A stretch of 64,000 nt of DNA from Eledone cirrhosa (GCA_964016885.1 OZ024743.1:40858001-40922000), one strand, 5' to 3'; positions 13,579-27,384 are shown, counted from the stretch's first letter. Notes: generated from the letters alone by a model not told the origin. Numbers and translations: made by a program.

Positions 13579-13971
13579 GTAAAAGGTAAACGGAAATAAC
13601 AACACAATCGGTAAATATATATATATATATATACACATATATATATATACATACTTACATACACGCATACACACATACCATCCCCCACAAATATATATAT
13701 ATACGCACAAATCTGTGTTCCATTTAATTTCACATCATGCGCAACACCCAATTAAAAAAAACAACATCAAAGTACTTTAAAAGAGACAGCGATAGATGCT
13801 GTTTGTGAATTTGAGAAAATATTTACAAATATGTGTTGTTATAAAAGTTAAGTTGTAAAATCTTTTATTTATGAGACGTCATTTTAAACATATGCCAGAA
13901 TGTATATTACATTTTGAGGATTTCTCTCAGTTATAGTATTATTATTATTACTATTATTACTATTCTATTAC

Positions 13972-14025
<54 letters not shown>

Positions 14026-14642
14026 TATTGATGTTGTTGTTCTTGTTGCAGTAGTAGTTGTTGTTTTATACCGCCTGTGAATAAACGGCATCTGAATATT
14101 TGTCCAACTCACATAGGCAGCATGAAAATAATTTGTCAGACATCAAAGCTGTAAAATTCTAAAAATTGTCTGATGTAATTATGAGATAGTATTTTGAACA
14201 TATCAAAAGCTTTATATCAGGTAAGTATAATCATTACTTTTTCTTTTATTAGTATTGTATTTTACAGAAAATTTAATTAGTCTAATACAATTATATTAAA
14301 ACTTAAATTATTCCACTATTTCAATACTATTCACCACCGAACAGAAAGAAAATAACGATAATTTGAATTTCAAAAGTGAAACAATATTTCTACTCTACAT
14401 AGGAACGAGAACACGAATGTACTTACATATACGTTGAAACAAATAAGTACATATGGACAGATATATAGGTATACATACATATGTACTTATATATTTGCAC
14501 ATATGTGTAGATGTATATATGATCTCACAAACACACACTCATATATACATATATGAGTGTGTCAGATATAGATATATGAGTGTGTTTGTGAGATCATATA
14601 TACATCTACACGTATGTGCAAATATATAAGTACATATAAAAG

Positions 14643-14796
<154 letters not shown>

Positions 14797-15297
14797 CCTT
14801 CCTCAGTGTACCGTTTGTGTCGTTAATTCCGTTACATTTTACACACATACACACTCTCCCTCTATCTCTCACACACATATATATATATATTCCCATATAA
14901 TATTCAAGTGATTTAAACAACATTAAATGTTAAACATGGTGCACTATAATATATATATACCTATATTCACTTATGCACAAACGAACCAACGCAACGGAAT
15001 TTAAATTATAATTATGGGGAAAATCCCTCTGAAATATTTGGTAAAAGATTTAATTATGTGTACTAGATAGAAATAGAGAAATAGTGTGTGTTTGCATGAC
15101 TATATATGAGGTATATGAGTGAGGGGTAGAGAGAGAGTCAGAGAAGGAAAGAAAGAGAGAATTGGTAAGAACTGGAAGAAACAGAAATCATGTGGGTGTG
15201 TGGGGCGGGTATACATATATGTCATCCCAGGAACAGTTTTTGATAGCGCTAGTTTGTGATTTAAATTCAGGAATTTTATATTCTTTGAATGAAAAGA

Positions 15298-15381
15298 ACC
15301 TTCTGACGAGAATCTCTCTTTGCAACGAAGGCCGTATGGTCTCCGTTTTATTTTTGGGATTCGAAACCGATCGGTAAAGGT
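15298..15381 (+). ncRNA. Type I hammerhead ribozyme, copy 1
   Basis: ACCUU-CUGACGA-GAAUCUC...GGGAUUC-GAAA-CCGAUCGG-UA-AAGGU. Confidence 0.92.
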
Positions 15382-15781
15382 AACTATAGTAGGTAAAGTC
15401 AATTTTTTTAAAATTTATTTTGAAACTTTTTCATTATTTACTAAACCTTGTTTATATTTGTTCTGGCTCGTTAATTTATTAACCCGCCATTGAACCACAT
15501 TGGCACTTGGTTGGACAATACATGCGTACCTTGGCGCCTTGTGCGTGAAGGGACGTATTTCATATTACTACTACCTCCACTAACGTTGAGAACAAACCGG
15601 GTCATTCCGACTGCTGCTGGCAACAGCGGTGGCTAGTTTGACCTACCTCCTTTTGCCTCTATCTTTGCTACGGCCCTTGATAAACCTGTTCTACATAATC
15701 CACTCTCATCCCAGGAACAGTTTTTGATAGCGCTAGTTTGTGATTTAAATTCAGGAATTTTATATTCTTTGAATGAAAAGA

Positions 15782-15865
15782 ACATTCTGACGAGAATCTC
15801 TCTTTGCAACGAAGGCCGTATGGTCTCCGTTTTATTTTTGGGATTCGAAACCGATCGGTAAAGGT
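15782..15865 (+). ncRNA. Type I hammerhead ribozyme, copy 2 (one stem I mismatch)
   Basis: Same as copy 1 but with ACAUU in stem I. Confidence 0.88.
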
Positions 15866-16264
15866 AACTATAGTAGGTAAAGTCAATTTTTTAAAATTTA
15901 TTTTGAAACTTTTTCATTATTTACTAAACCTTGTTTATATTTGTTCTGGCTCGTTAATTTATTAACCCGCCATTGAACCACATTGGCACTTGGTTGGACA
16001 ATACATGCGTACCTTGGCGCCTTGTGCGTGAAGGGACGTATTTCATATTACTACTACCTCCACTAACGTTGAGAACAAACCGAGCCATTCCGACTGCTGC
16101 TGGCAACAGCGGTGGCTAGTTTGACCTACCTCCTTTTGCCACTATCTTTGCTACGGCCCTTGATAAACCTGTTCTACATCATCCACTCTCATCCCAGGAA
16201 CAGTATTTGATAGCGCTAGTTTGTGATTTAAATTCAGGAATTTTATATTCTTTGAATGAAAAGA

Positions 16265-16348
16265 ACCTTCTGACGAGAATCTCTCTTTGCAACGAAGGCC
16301 GTATGGTCTCCGTTTTATTTTTGGGATTCGAAACCGATCGGTAAAGGT
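16265..16348 (+). ncRNA. Type I hammerhead ribozyme, copy 3
   Basis: Identical to copy 1. Confidence 0.92.
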
Positions 16349-16589
16349 AACTATAGTAGGTAAAGTCAATTTTTTTACTATTTATTTTGAAACTTTTTCA
16401 TTATTTACTAAACCTTGTTTATATTTGTTCTGGCTCGTTAATTTATTAACCCGCCATTGAACCACATTGGCACTTGGTTGGACAATACATGCGTACCTTG
16501 GCGCCTTGTGCGTGAAGGGACGTATTTCATATAGTATGTATATATATATATATGTGTGTGTGTAATGTGTATGTGTTTGTTTGTGTGTG

Positions 16590-16658
<69 letters not shown>

Positions 16659-16888
16659 TTATATGTATACAGAAAGAGAGAGAAAGAGAGAGAGAGTGAG
16701 AGAGAGAGAGAGAGGAGGAAGCAAATATTGCACCAAGAAAGATAACACGGCGTCGTGAAGAGATTATGAATGTTTCAACCGCTCATAACGGAGTAGTGAA
16801 ATACTGTAACTCTATACCGTAAAGCATGTTGTCCGACAATCTGCCGATACTGCCAATCTACTATAATCATAATGTTTTTTTATATAGT

Positions 16889-17088
16889 CACAAGCCTAGC
16901 AATGTTGGGGGAGGGTAAAGTCGGAATCAACCCCAGTATATTACTGGTACCTTATTGTATCGACCCTGTAAGTATGAAAGTCAAAGCTAACCTCGGCGGG
17001 ATTTGAACTCAGATCATAAAGGGCAGTAACTCTTTGCTGCAAAGTATGGTGCCCGAACCTCTACCAATACTGCCAATCCACTGCCCTA
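16889..17088 (-). mobile_element. SINE (same family as 5926-6118), with further partial copies at ~16765-16862 and 17120-17270
   Basis: actggtaccttattgtatcgaccctgtaagtatgaaag...ggatttgaactcag. Confidence 0.78.
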
Positions 17089-17665
17089 AAATATTAATAA
17101 TAATTATGATTTCCACTATAAGCACAAGACCAGCCATTTGAGAAGGTGGTGGAGTCGATTGAATCTACCCCAGTGCATTACTGTGATTTAGTTTACGTTC
17201 TGATTTCAGATCTCTCGAGGGGATTTGAACTCAGAACGTAAAGAGCCGCAACTCTATATTGAGATGCATGTAACTCTAGTTCGGTTAGGATCGGTTTAAA
17301 TCGTGCAGGCAGAGACCCAACATCACCGCAGACCGGTGGTAGAAACCAGGAAAAGAATAAAATGACAAGTATATATCAGATGCTCCATACATATAGCGAC
17401 ATACTGTGTTCAACAATTTTAGCCTGATAGTGGGGTTTAGAACCTTCTAAGAAATGAACGAAATATGAGTACTGACATCAATATTCATCTGTTACCATTT
17501 CTTAGAGGGTTATAAACACCACTACCAAATTAGATTTTTTTAGTCAAAAGTACGGCGAAAGATTATATATATATATATCAAACTTAGCGGTCATTCTAGC
17601 ACTGACGGAGACCATCACTGAGTATTAATATCAATGTAGTGTTTTACATTGATATTGCCTGAGCA

Positions 17666-17788
17666 TCCACTGATGAGTTATAAGGGGCCACTTGTGTGTA
17701 TATCTATGGATTATATACAAGCTTCTACATAACTTGGACATTAATTTTCCGACCTTGTAGAAATCTTATAACGAAACGATCGTATGGA
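17666..17788 (+). ncRNA. Type I hammerhead ribozyme with ~80 nt stem II insertion
   Basis: UCCA-CUGAUGA-GUUAUAAG...CUUAUAAC-GAAA-CGAUCG-UA-UGGA. Confidence 0.85.
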
Positions 17789-17999
17789 AAGAAAGAGGGA
17801 TTTATTTAATTATGTCTCATAAAATAATACAACCAACTATCCACGAAATACAGTATAGTTTCCACCTCAAACACATAAATGGGATTATGCTCAGGTATAT
17901 CCTAATGTTTGTTGTGTGAGATGGAGTTGGTCAGAGTATCGCTAAAAGTTTTCTGTGTTAATGTATTAAATATTAATTAATTAATTATATATATATATA

Positions 18000-18050
18000 A
18001 GTATGTATACGTACATACATATATGTATACAGACGTACAGTAGTGTGTAT

Positions 18051-18122
<72 letters not shown>

Positions 18123-18719
18123 TATATAAGTACGTATTGGTTTACCGAACATTTATTATAATGCTCGGTTTGTTTGAAAACAAACAGCCCGAATTATATC
18201 GTTGCCATTTTTTTCAACATTTACAAAGGAACGATGAACTAGTTTCTATCTTATTAGCTGTCATCAGCACCGTAAACATTCCTGTCAGTCAATTGAACGT
18301 TTGAAAGTATATACTTTCAACAATGGTATATACATACTACTGTACGTCCGTATACATATATGTATGTACGTTTACATATTTATATTTAAATATCAGCCTA
18401 CTAAGAGTGAGAAATGAAATTTCATTTTTTCCAATTATCGTTTTCGGTATGCCCGGCCGACGAACTCACTCGATATGCAAATTAGGCTGTGCAGCCGTTA
18501 ATATGCATAAGGAAAGTATATACTTTCAAACGTTCAAGTGAATGACAGGAACGTATACGGCACGGATGACAGGTAATAAGCTAGAAACTAGTTCATCGTT
18601 CCTTTGTCAGTGTTGAACAAAATGGCAACGATGGTTGCCGAACACTGTACGGCGAATAATTTGGGCTGTTTGTTTAAAAACAAACCGAGCATTATAATAA
18701 ATGTTCGGTAACCCCATAC

Positions 18720-18790
<71 letters not shown>

Positions 18791-18886
18791 CATGTATGTC
18801 TGTATAGATATATGTATGTAGATATACATACTTATATTTAAGTATCAGCCTAACTAAGGGTGAGAAATGAAATTTCATTTTTTCCA
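18000..18886. mobile_element. Diverged head-to-head relative of the 41.1-45.6 kb HHR repeat
   Basis: Shares gaaagtatatactttc, gttttcggtatgcc, atatgcaaattaggctg and gagaaatgaaatttc. Orientation switches at ~18318. Confidence 0.88.
18230..18273 (-). ncRNA. Type I hammerhead ribozyme (diverged copy); decayed partner on + at 18557-18600
   Basis: ACGGUG-CUGAUGA-CAGCUAAUAAGAUA-GAAA-CUAG-UU-CAUCGU, with a weakened stem II. Confidence 0.7.
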
Positions 18887-19054
18887 TATATATATATATA
18901 TATAAATATATGTGTGTGTGTGTGTGTGTGCATTGAGAAAGAGAGACAGAGAGAATATATATAGAAACAAAATAAATATATACACAAAATACACACCCAC
19001 CCGCAACATATACAAACTATATACACATACGTATGTGCTTTATATATTGTTGTG

Positions 19055-19132
<78 letters not shown>

Positions 19133-19167
19133 TGTGAGAAAAGCAACAGACCCTCCATCTCAACTCT

Positions 19168-19205
19168 ACGTTTGAAACGCAGAAGAACTGTGAAACCGGT
19201 AAAGG
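19168..19205 (+). ncRNA. Decayed minimal hammerhead (U3-A8 type family), within repeat 19131-19270
   Basis: UUGAAAC-GCAG-AAGAA-CUGU-GAAA-CCGG-UA-AAGG. Relative at 33093-33130 (-). Confidence 0.45.
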
Positions 19206-19919
19206 AACAAAATAAATATATATATATTTTTTTATATTTCTCCAGTTGCATTTTCGATTCATCTTTTTTTCTTTATATATATATATACATATATATATGG
19301 ATATCCGAATGGAAATCATAGATATATGTTTACACAATTGTTATTTTCAATGATTCCATCACCAATAAACTGATGCTGACCGAGAACATACAGACACTTG
19401 CATTACATACAATTATTTTCAGGTATCAGTCGAACATTCTGTAAAACAAGACAGAATAGTTTTTCACCAAAGCCATTTACTAAGACGTGTCATTTATACT
19501 TATCAATTTTTGGTTAAGTCAGATATCTTTTAGGAGGAATCCGTACAGTTATTTGTAATCCATTGTTTAAGATTTCCGATTCTTCGCAGTTGGTTTTGTG
19601 AGAGTTCGGCTAACAATATATATTTTATAAAATATGTATATTTGCAATTTATCGAGGAAAACTCGATTATGGAATCAAAGTTCACTGAATATAGGAAACA
19701 AATGAAAGTCCATTGGGAAACGTATTTATATGCTTATTTTATAAATAATCTATTAATGATGGACATCGTTGGATATATATAGGAAATATTCTGAAGCGAA
19801 TTATCGTTATAAGGAAGTTTCCAAGGCCGAAGGTGTCTCCAGACACACGTTCTCACAAGGCACGCACACTAATAGTCATATTATACACACACATACACAC
19901 ACACATACACGCACACACA

Positions 19920-19963
<44 letters not shown>

Positions 19964-19966
19964 TAC

Positions 19967-20026
<60 letters not shown>

Positions 20027-20218
20027 CAAGTATATCCAAAGATTAGTATGGTTCGTTGATTACTCAACGAATACAATTTTACAATAGATTAGAAGCACTC
20101 AACCATGAAATATTCCTGGAGTTTTTAATATTATTGAAAATGTTAACAAATGAAAAATATTCTCATACTGGAATTGAATAATCTAGACTGTAGCGGTATG
20201 TCATATATCAAATCATAT

Positions 20219-20282
20219 ATTTTGTCTGATGAGGACGTACTGAAAAAACAACACAGTACCTTTGAAATATATATAATGAAGT
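20219..20282 (+). ncRNA. Type I hammerhead ribozyme between short inverted repeats (20134-20167 / 20295-20328)
   Basis: AUUUUGU-CUGAUGA-GGACGUACUG...CAGUACCUUU-GAAA-UAUAUA-UA-AUGAAGU. Confidence 0.72.
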
Positions 20283-20984
20283 ATATATTTAGATTATGAG
20301 AATATTTTTCATTTGTTAACATTTTGAATAATATATAACAAGTATATATATATATGAACACACATATCAGGAACTACGCAATTCTACGGCTACAGCTTGA
20401 TGATGTTCGTCACACCAATACTAATAATTGATGCGTGTCGGTAGGGATTTGAATTCTCAGAATAGAGCCGAAACAAACACCTCAAAGCATTTTATTTAAC
20501 GTTCTAACGACTCTTCCAATTAACCGTTATTTGTATGTACATAAGAATATACACACACACATATACATACATACATGGTGGCTGCCAACTCGTTTTTGAG
20601 TACGGCCTCTACTTTATATCCATGTAGGAGAACCCCTACCGATGCGCTGAACGAATGTGACTTTTTAGTCCAGCCAGCGACTTGAAAACTCTGGTACAAA
20701 CTCTACACTTGTGACAATTATTGACACATAGTGCTGGGCCCATGGTACCATGTGATAACAAGTGCAGAGAGATATCCAGATATAAAGCAATGCCTGTGCT
20801 GTGAAGCTTTTATAGTGAGCAAAGGCACTGCACAAAGCCAGTCCCACTCTCTTAACCAAGATGATATTTACCAAAAAGAAGAACAAGTCAACATCATTGG
20901 ATACCATACATACATACATACATACATAAATACACACATACATACATACACACATACATACATACGTACATACATACATTCATA

Positions 20985-21030
<46 letters not shown>

Positions 21031-21834
21031 ATCAGTGGAACATACATCGGTTGACGAAATCATTTCATTTCTGAAGTTAGTTCATTCCCTGAAATGTTTG
21101 TAAACCGTGATTATTTTCCCCAATACGAAATGTTGAGAGAAAAATACAGTAACAGAGAGATTGTGTATCACAGACAAAAATATATCTCCACAGCAAGGAC
21201 GCTTTTCCTTCGTGAGTAGAGATCGAAACTGCTAGAAGTCAACTATTGACATTTGAAGAGTTATATATTTAACAAAATCTTTCTTTTAAAGAATTTCTTT
21301 CAATTTGCTTTGTTTTCGTTCATATTCTTCTATTTGTTAATTTTCCTATATTTGTTACTAATCTGTGATGGAGATATTTTCTCTTCTCCTTTTGTTTCAG
21401 CCCCACGAGATTTTGTTGCTATAAAAAGCCCAATACGTTTTCCTATTCGTCGCATAAAATTCTATATGTACATGTTATGGGTTAGCTTCTATAAGGTATT
21501 GTTCTCTCTTGCTCCTGACTCTGACTCCACGGACAGCATTTTCACTTGTTGTAGATGCTGAGGCACTGGTTGAACCAGAAATACCTTTTGTAGCGATTGA
21601 AAGTGCCAGAAGTCCATTTCGACGGCTGAAGACCTTGGAGTTCTGTCATTCGTTTGTAGTTTTATTTTCAAAAATCCCTTTTGAAGATTTCCCCTTTAAA
21701 CAAATTAATTTTGTTTTGATTTTTTTTCGTTCGTTTTCTTCTCTTTGTTAATTTTGGTATGTTTATTATATATATATATATATATATATAGGTTTCAAGT
21801 AGGTGGCAATTACAATAAGCAATTTTCTGCTTCC

Positions 21835-21916
<82 letters not shown>

Positions 21917-21954
21917 GGAAGCAGCAAATTGCTTATTGTAATCCAGAAAATTGC

Positions 21955-22360
21955 TTTAGGTAATTGCCACCTACCTGAAATCTGTTCATTACATAATGAA
22001 TGTATGCAGTCTAACCTGGTTTACCAATGCATAGTAGAATCAGACAACCAGAAATGGTATTACATCGGAGCGACTGGTAATACATTTAAAGCTCGTTGGT
22101 ATATACACCGTTACGCAATGAAACATTCCCAGCATGGTTGTGTAACTACCCTTGCGAACAATACCTGGCAACTGAGGGAAAGTAACCATCAATACACCCT
22201 GAAGTGGAAAACATTATCAAACGCGCCCCCATATCGGAGTGGTATGAGAAGCTGTCGGTTATGTGACTTTCGAAGAATAAGTTACTCAACAATAAAATCG
22301 AAAGATCAATTTATTGTAACCATAGACTCAAAGAAAAGTGTTCGCACTACAAGTGCAAAC
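21955..22360 (+). pseudogene. Penelope-like element GIY-YIG endonuclease remnant (Naiad-like)
   Basis: NCHLPEICSLHNEC...LVYQCIV...YYIGATGNTFKARWYIH...TTLANNTWQLRE...LKWKTL..APPY...CRLC, then a frameshift and a terminal KCSH. Confidence 0.88.
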
Positions 22361-23519
22361 CGAACTCTTAACCTCTTACTACCACCTGACAAACTGCATA
22401 TACTTAGACTTTCTAACCTCTTATTATATCTAACCCCTTTAATTACCCACAAAAGCAAATACCTATATCCCTCCATCCTCCTTCATTCCTTTTCTATTTC
22501 TTATCGTTTTCTTCCTTTCATCTCTCCCTTTTTCGCTATCTTTTCTTTTCTTCTTTCTTTCCGCCCTCTTCTTTAATTTTATTTTTTTATTATTTTTTCA
22601 TATATATATTTATCTCTCTATCTCTTCACCCCCCTCTCTCTCTCTCCATCCGTCCCACTATAAACAATTTAATTATCTTTAACTCCCTACACTGTAAATC
22701 AACGACAAGAAGTCTACGTATCAAAACTGAACGAGGAATCTTTCCACACCCACCCCTCCCTCCATCTCAGTTTGTCATCCTACTTCCTAAGTCCTCTACC
22801 CCTTCCTCTCTCTCTATACTACTACGTTTATCAATCCACTTTCTAATTCCTCTTCCTCTCACTCTATACAAGTAAATACAATTCCCAAAAAGCGTTTTTC
22901 TATATATTAAGAACTTTTAACGAGTAACGTTTTCACTATTTTGAAAATTTGGACCTGTACATCAATTATTATTTAGTGGCTGCCATTTGCAGTATAGCAA
23001 TATAAGCTTGCAATTAACAATGAAACGGTCGTAAACACCTGGATAAAATCCCTTTTTTTAATGCTTACCTGTGTTTTCTTTTTTATCCTATATATATATA
23101 TATATACATATATATATAGGATTGGATTCATAGCTTTTGCCGTATATCTAGCATCAGAGCGTATAAGCCCTCAGAACGGAGAAAAATGGGTCTATATTTT
23201 GTCACCAGTGTAAATTATCAGACTTATTAACTATTATTTTCAGTTCTCAAATAGTATTATCGTTATCTGCATTGTGGAGACTATATATAAAACATAATAA
23301 TATTATATAAAAAATACTAAATATTAAATTTTAAAGTTAAGAAATATATTTTCTGGAATATTAAATTATAACTTCATCAGAGAAAAACATTTTTTTTAGT
23401 TGGAAAAATATGAATATGACAGGATTTAATTTGTAAATCAATGGAAAACTTTCATTTAATTTCCTGTGGATTCGGTTTGAAGGAAATGGTCCGAAAACCA
23501 AAAAGTACAGGACAGCTGT

Positions 23520-23831
23520 AAAAATGATGGTGGTCTTGGTAATGGTGGTACTACTGGTGGTGGTAATAGTAGTAGCTGTTCTAATAGCTGTGGTGTTGGT
23601 GGTAATTGGTAGTTTTGGTGGTAGTGTTAGTAATTGTGGTTAGGGAAATGACGGTGAGGGTGTGGTTTGTTGAGGTGTGCGTGGTTATGGTAGTAATGGT
23701 GTTATTAGTGGTGGCAGTAGATGTAATGATGGTTGTGGTATTGGTTTTTATTTTGGTATGGGTGATAGCATTGGTGATGTTGTGTGTAGTTTTAATAGTA
23801 TTAGCTTCGTTTTTAGCCACAGTGTGGCTTT

Positions 23832-23890
<59 letters not shown>

Positions 23891-24016
23891 ATAATAGTAG
23901 TAGTAGTAGTAGTAGTAGTAGTTGTAGTAGTAGTAGTAGTAGTAGTAGTAGGAGTAGTAGTAGTGATGACGGTGTTGGGAGTAGTAATAATAGTAGTAGT
24001 AGTAGTAGTAGTAGTT

Positions 24017-24047
<31 letters not shown>

Positions 24048-24212
24048 GAGTAGTAGTAGTGATGACGGTGTTGGGAGTAGTGATGCTGGGCGTAGTAATA
24101 TTAGGGCTAGTAGTGTTGATGGCGTTGGTGATAATAATCGTCGCGATATTATTATTGGTAGAGTTGTTTGGTAGTTGTTGGAATATAACAAATACAAGAT
24201 ACAACTATATTA

Positions 24213-24273
<61 letters not shown>

Positions 24274-24302
24274 GCTACTACTACTACTACTACTACTACT
24301 AC
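23520..24302. repeat. Degenerate trinucleotide tract: (TAG)n 23832-24060 and complementary (CTA)n 24214-24300
   Basis: Direct reading. Internal duplication of gatgacggtgttgggagtagt. Confidence 0.92.
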
Positions 24303-24497
24303 AAAGACATTGGCAACTATAGCAACACACCAAGTGACAGTAATAAGTATAATAACAGTGATGTATTCTTGTTTTATCAGAAAGATATATTATACAAAAT
24401 ACGAAATAATTAACGAGTAAAATAGTTCTTAGAAGAAATAACGAGGAGTATATTGAACTCACAAATGCACCCACAGACACCCCCTCCCATATATATA

Positions 24498-24578
24498 TAT
24501 ATGGTGTCCCCCAAAATGTATGCACACTTTTATTAGAATGCTGTTGGAGTGAGTATACATTTTTGGTGACACCATGTA
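24498..24578. mobile_element. Tiny Tc1/mariner-type MITE
   Basis: Inverted ends atggtgtcccccaaaatgtatgcacac / gtgagtatacatttttggtgacaccatg with TA flanks. Relative at 50341-50444. Confidence 0.65.
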
Positions 24579-24667
24579 TATATATATCCATCTTTGTGTG
24601 TTTGCATATATACAAAACTTCAGTTTTCAAACACAGTGGCTTTATTCTAGAAAAATAAAGTGTGTGC

Positions 24668-24816
<149 letters not shown>

Positions 24817-25450
24817 GGAGGTGGAGAGCCAACCTAAGTATTCGCAAGGTATTCTATTTATCAACTTCGAAAGGAATAATTGTAAACGGTGGAATTTGAA
24901 CTCGAGGCAGAGTGAGTTGGGACAAATATTGATGCATTTTTAGTCAGATACTGTGTCAACGCTTCTATTTCGATGTCTTGTAGACTATATTAGAGGACAC
25001 TTACCCAACGTGCCAAGCTGTAGATTCGAATCCGTAAGCACGTTGTTGGGTAGAGAACGCCTTAACCATTTTATCTTGCGTTTATAACATTTACTACACT
25101 GATTTCACCTTACAGGATAACTAGGGTTGTTATGGCTATGATATTTTGAATATGCTTTTGAATGAATCTATATTTATCTATATTTATCTGAGAAGAAAAA
25201 TCGATATTTCTTGTTAGAAATTCTAGTGTTTATTATTCTAACGTACTAATTTTCAAAAATCTTTCTCTTTTACCATTTACGATTGTTGAAGGTAATATGT
25301 ACCAGAAGATGACGGATCGATCAGCGTGCTGATCGATCATGATATTCATGTGGCATCCTAGCTTAGGGTCATTAACCCACGTTTTTAGTCTGGATTTATC
25401 AAGATCTAACTGCTTGCATTACTCTGCTCATCACATTAATTAAATATAAA

Positions 25451-25640
25451 GAGGTGGATTGGCAGTATCAGTAGAGGGTCGGACACCATGCAATGCAGCA
25501 TAGAGCTATGGCCCTTTACGGTCTGAGTTTAAATCTCATCGAAGTTAACTTAGCATCCCATCCATACAGGGTCGATATAAATAATGCACCAATAATGCAT
25601 TGGGATAATTGCTGGTTATGTACCAAAAGTAGAAACAATT
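25451..25640 (+). mobile_element. SINE (Meta-domain-like family)
   Basis: ggtggattggcagtatcagtagagggtcggacaccatgc...gggtcgatataaata. Confidence 0.78.
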
Positions 25641-26380
25641 AATTAAACATAAATGAATATGAGAGAATGAGAGAGCCTGTACTTGATTAATCGACCAGCC
25701 AAATGTTCAGAAATTGTATAGATGGAAAATGTATAGGAGTTAAAAAGCGAGATGTTGTTCAATAGTGCAGCATTGTCACACACTGTGTCGTGCTAATCTA
25801 ACGTGGGAGTTACATTAAGGATACACGTGTCTGAGTAATATTCAGCCAAGTATATATTAACTCATAAGATAGATAATCAGTTGATTGAATAAATGAATGA
25901 TCATCGACGAAATCAAGGTAGGATCCATCATGTTCATATAGCAGAGAATTGGCAGGAAATAATTTGCGCTCTGCCAGCAGGTAAGGAATTGGACACGCAC
26001 CACTCGCTGATTCGTTATTTACCCTTGATACCATTCCTATGAACGAAATCGTTTAGTACATTTATTTCGGCTCATCAAATTTTGAATTCAAACTCCGATG
26101 AGTTGAACTATGACTCTCATCCTTTAGGAGCCCACACTTGTATAAATACGTTCGCTGCAACAGTTAGAAGCACCCAATGAAATGCCTTAAAATATTTAAC
26201 TTGGCTCATTGGGTACTGAGTATCAATTTTGCCGTCGTCTGTCAAACTATACGGAAGGGTTTGTTCACTCACCCAATAAACATTCATTGTAAACCATGGA
26301 TAAAGATGGAAAATATCTCATGCTATAAAATGAAAGCCCATTTTCGAAATGTAGGCTCAATCATTATTGCCATTACAAAA

Positions 26381-26560
26381 GGTGATGGATTGGCAGTATC
26401 GGTGGAGAGTCGGACACCATGCTTTGCAGCATAGAGTTACGGCCCTTTTATGATCTGGGTTCAAATCCCTAGGTTATCTTTGCCTTTCATCGTTACGGGT
26501 TCGATAAAATAAGGTACCAGTCACGCACTGGTTAATTGCAGGCCAAAAGTATAAACAATT
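26381..26560 (+). mobile_element. SINE (Meta-domain-like family)
   Basis: ggattggcagtatcggtggagagtcggacaccatgc...gcctttcatcgttacgggttcgataaaataaggtaccagt. Confidence 0.8.
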
Positions 26561-27350
26561 ATTACCATTAATAACAAGACAAGTCTTCTCAAATCCTGCA
26601 TGCCATTATGCTCATCTTCGATACTGACGGATGTTCTCGCTCATCACATTCTCAGTTAGATACACAATCCTTCTGAATACTTCAATGCCCATAATCTCCA
26701 ATGGATGCTTATCAACGAAGCCAACGGAGATTCCACCAACAACATACTCACAATCACAATTACACACACATACTTCCTGAATCCCTTGATGCACCAATAA
26801 TCTTCAAGTTTTACCGTTTCTATATTAATTGCTGCACCTCTTCTCAATTAACGCATGAAAGTATCTTACGCTGGTTTAACAATAATTTTTACTCATCTGA
26901 ACAATCAATGCAAAAACATTACAAAATGAACTAAAATTAGTTCGTTAAATTTTGCTTGGACTAGAACACAGTCTCCATGTTACAAATGACGATATACATT
27001 AACCACATTATTTTACAGTCGATATCACCCCCCTCGTGAAATATCTCGTGCATGTTGGTTAGTAAATGAATAAAAATGCTGACATTAATTCCACCCGATT
27101 TATGTATGGTAATACATGAACTGGTTTATATTAAATTTGGCTTGTTTTCTAGTTTAGACAAAGGGAAATGGCTGGTTAATCCTTTACGAGCACAATGCAA
27201 TAAATTTTGATAAGCTTGGAAACTATAAATGTTTGCAGAGCTCATCATGGAGAGAAGCTAGCGGACATAAAACCACGTTAAACAGACATAAGCTGAACAG
27301 AATCCATTAGCAACGAATAGCAAACACAAACATATATATACACACACAAA

Positions 27351-27384
<34 letters not shown>

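Larger units (their letters stand above)
15222..16532 (+). repeat. Tandem array of ~2.7 near-identical 483-484 bp monomers, each with an HHR (retrozyme-like)
   Basis: CTGACGA at 15303, 15787 and 16270. Monomers differ by only a few substitutions. Confidence 0.95.

Noticed and set aside
14218-14226. Consensus splice donor CAG|GTAAGT
   Set aside because: No convincing upstream coding exon
20600-20907. Coding-like segment (ORF 20731-21054)
   Set aside because: No recognisable motif, and the ORF runs into microsatellite. It may be an old TE fragment.
23581-24322. Thr-rich mucin-like and Val/Ser-rich ORFs
   Set aside because: They are open in several frames on both strands because of (TAG)n/(CTA)n repeats, with no domain or splice support.
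26590-27040. Possible very old mariner remnants (also ~51850-51920 and ~55990-56160)
   Set aside because: Only faint motif resemblance
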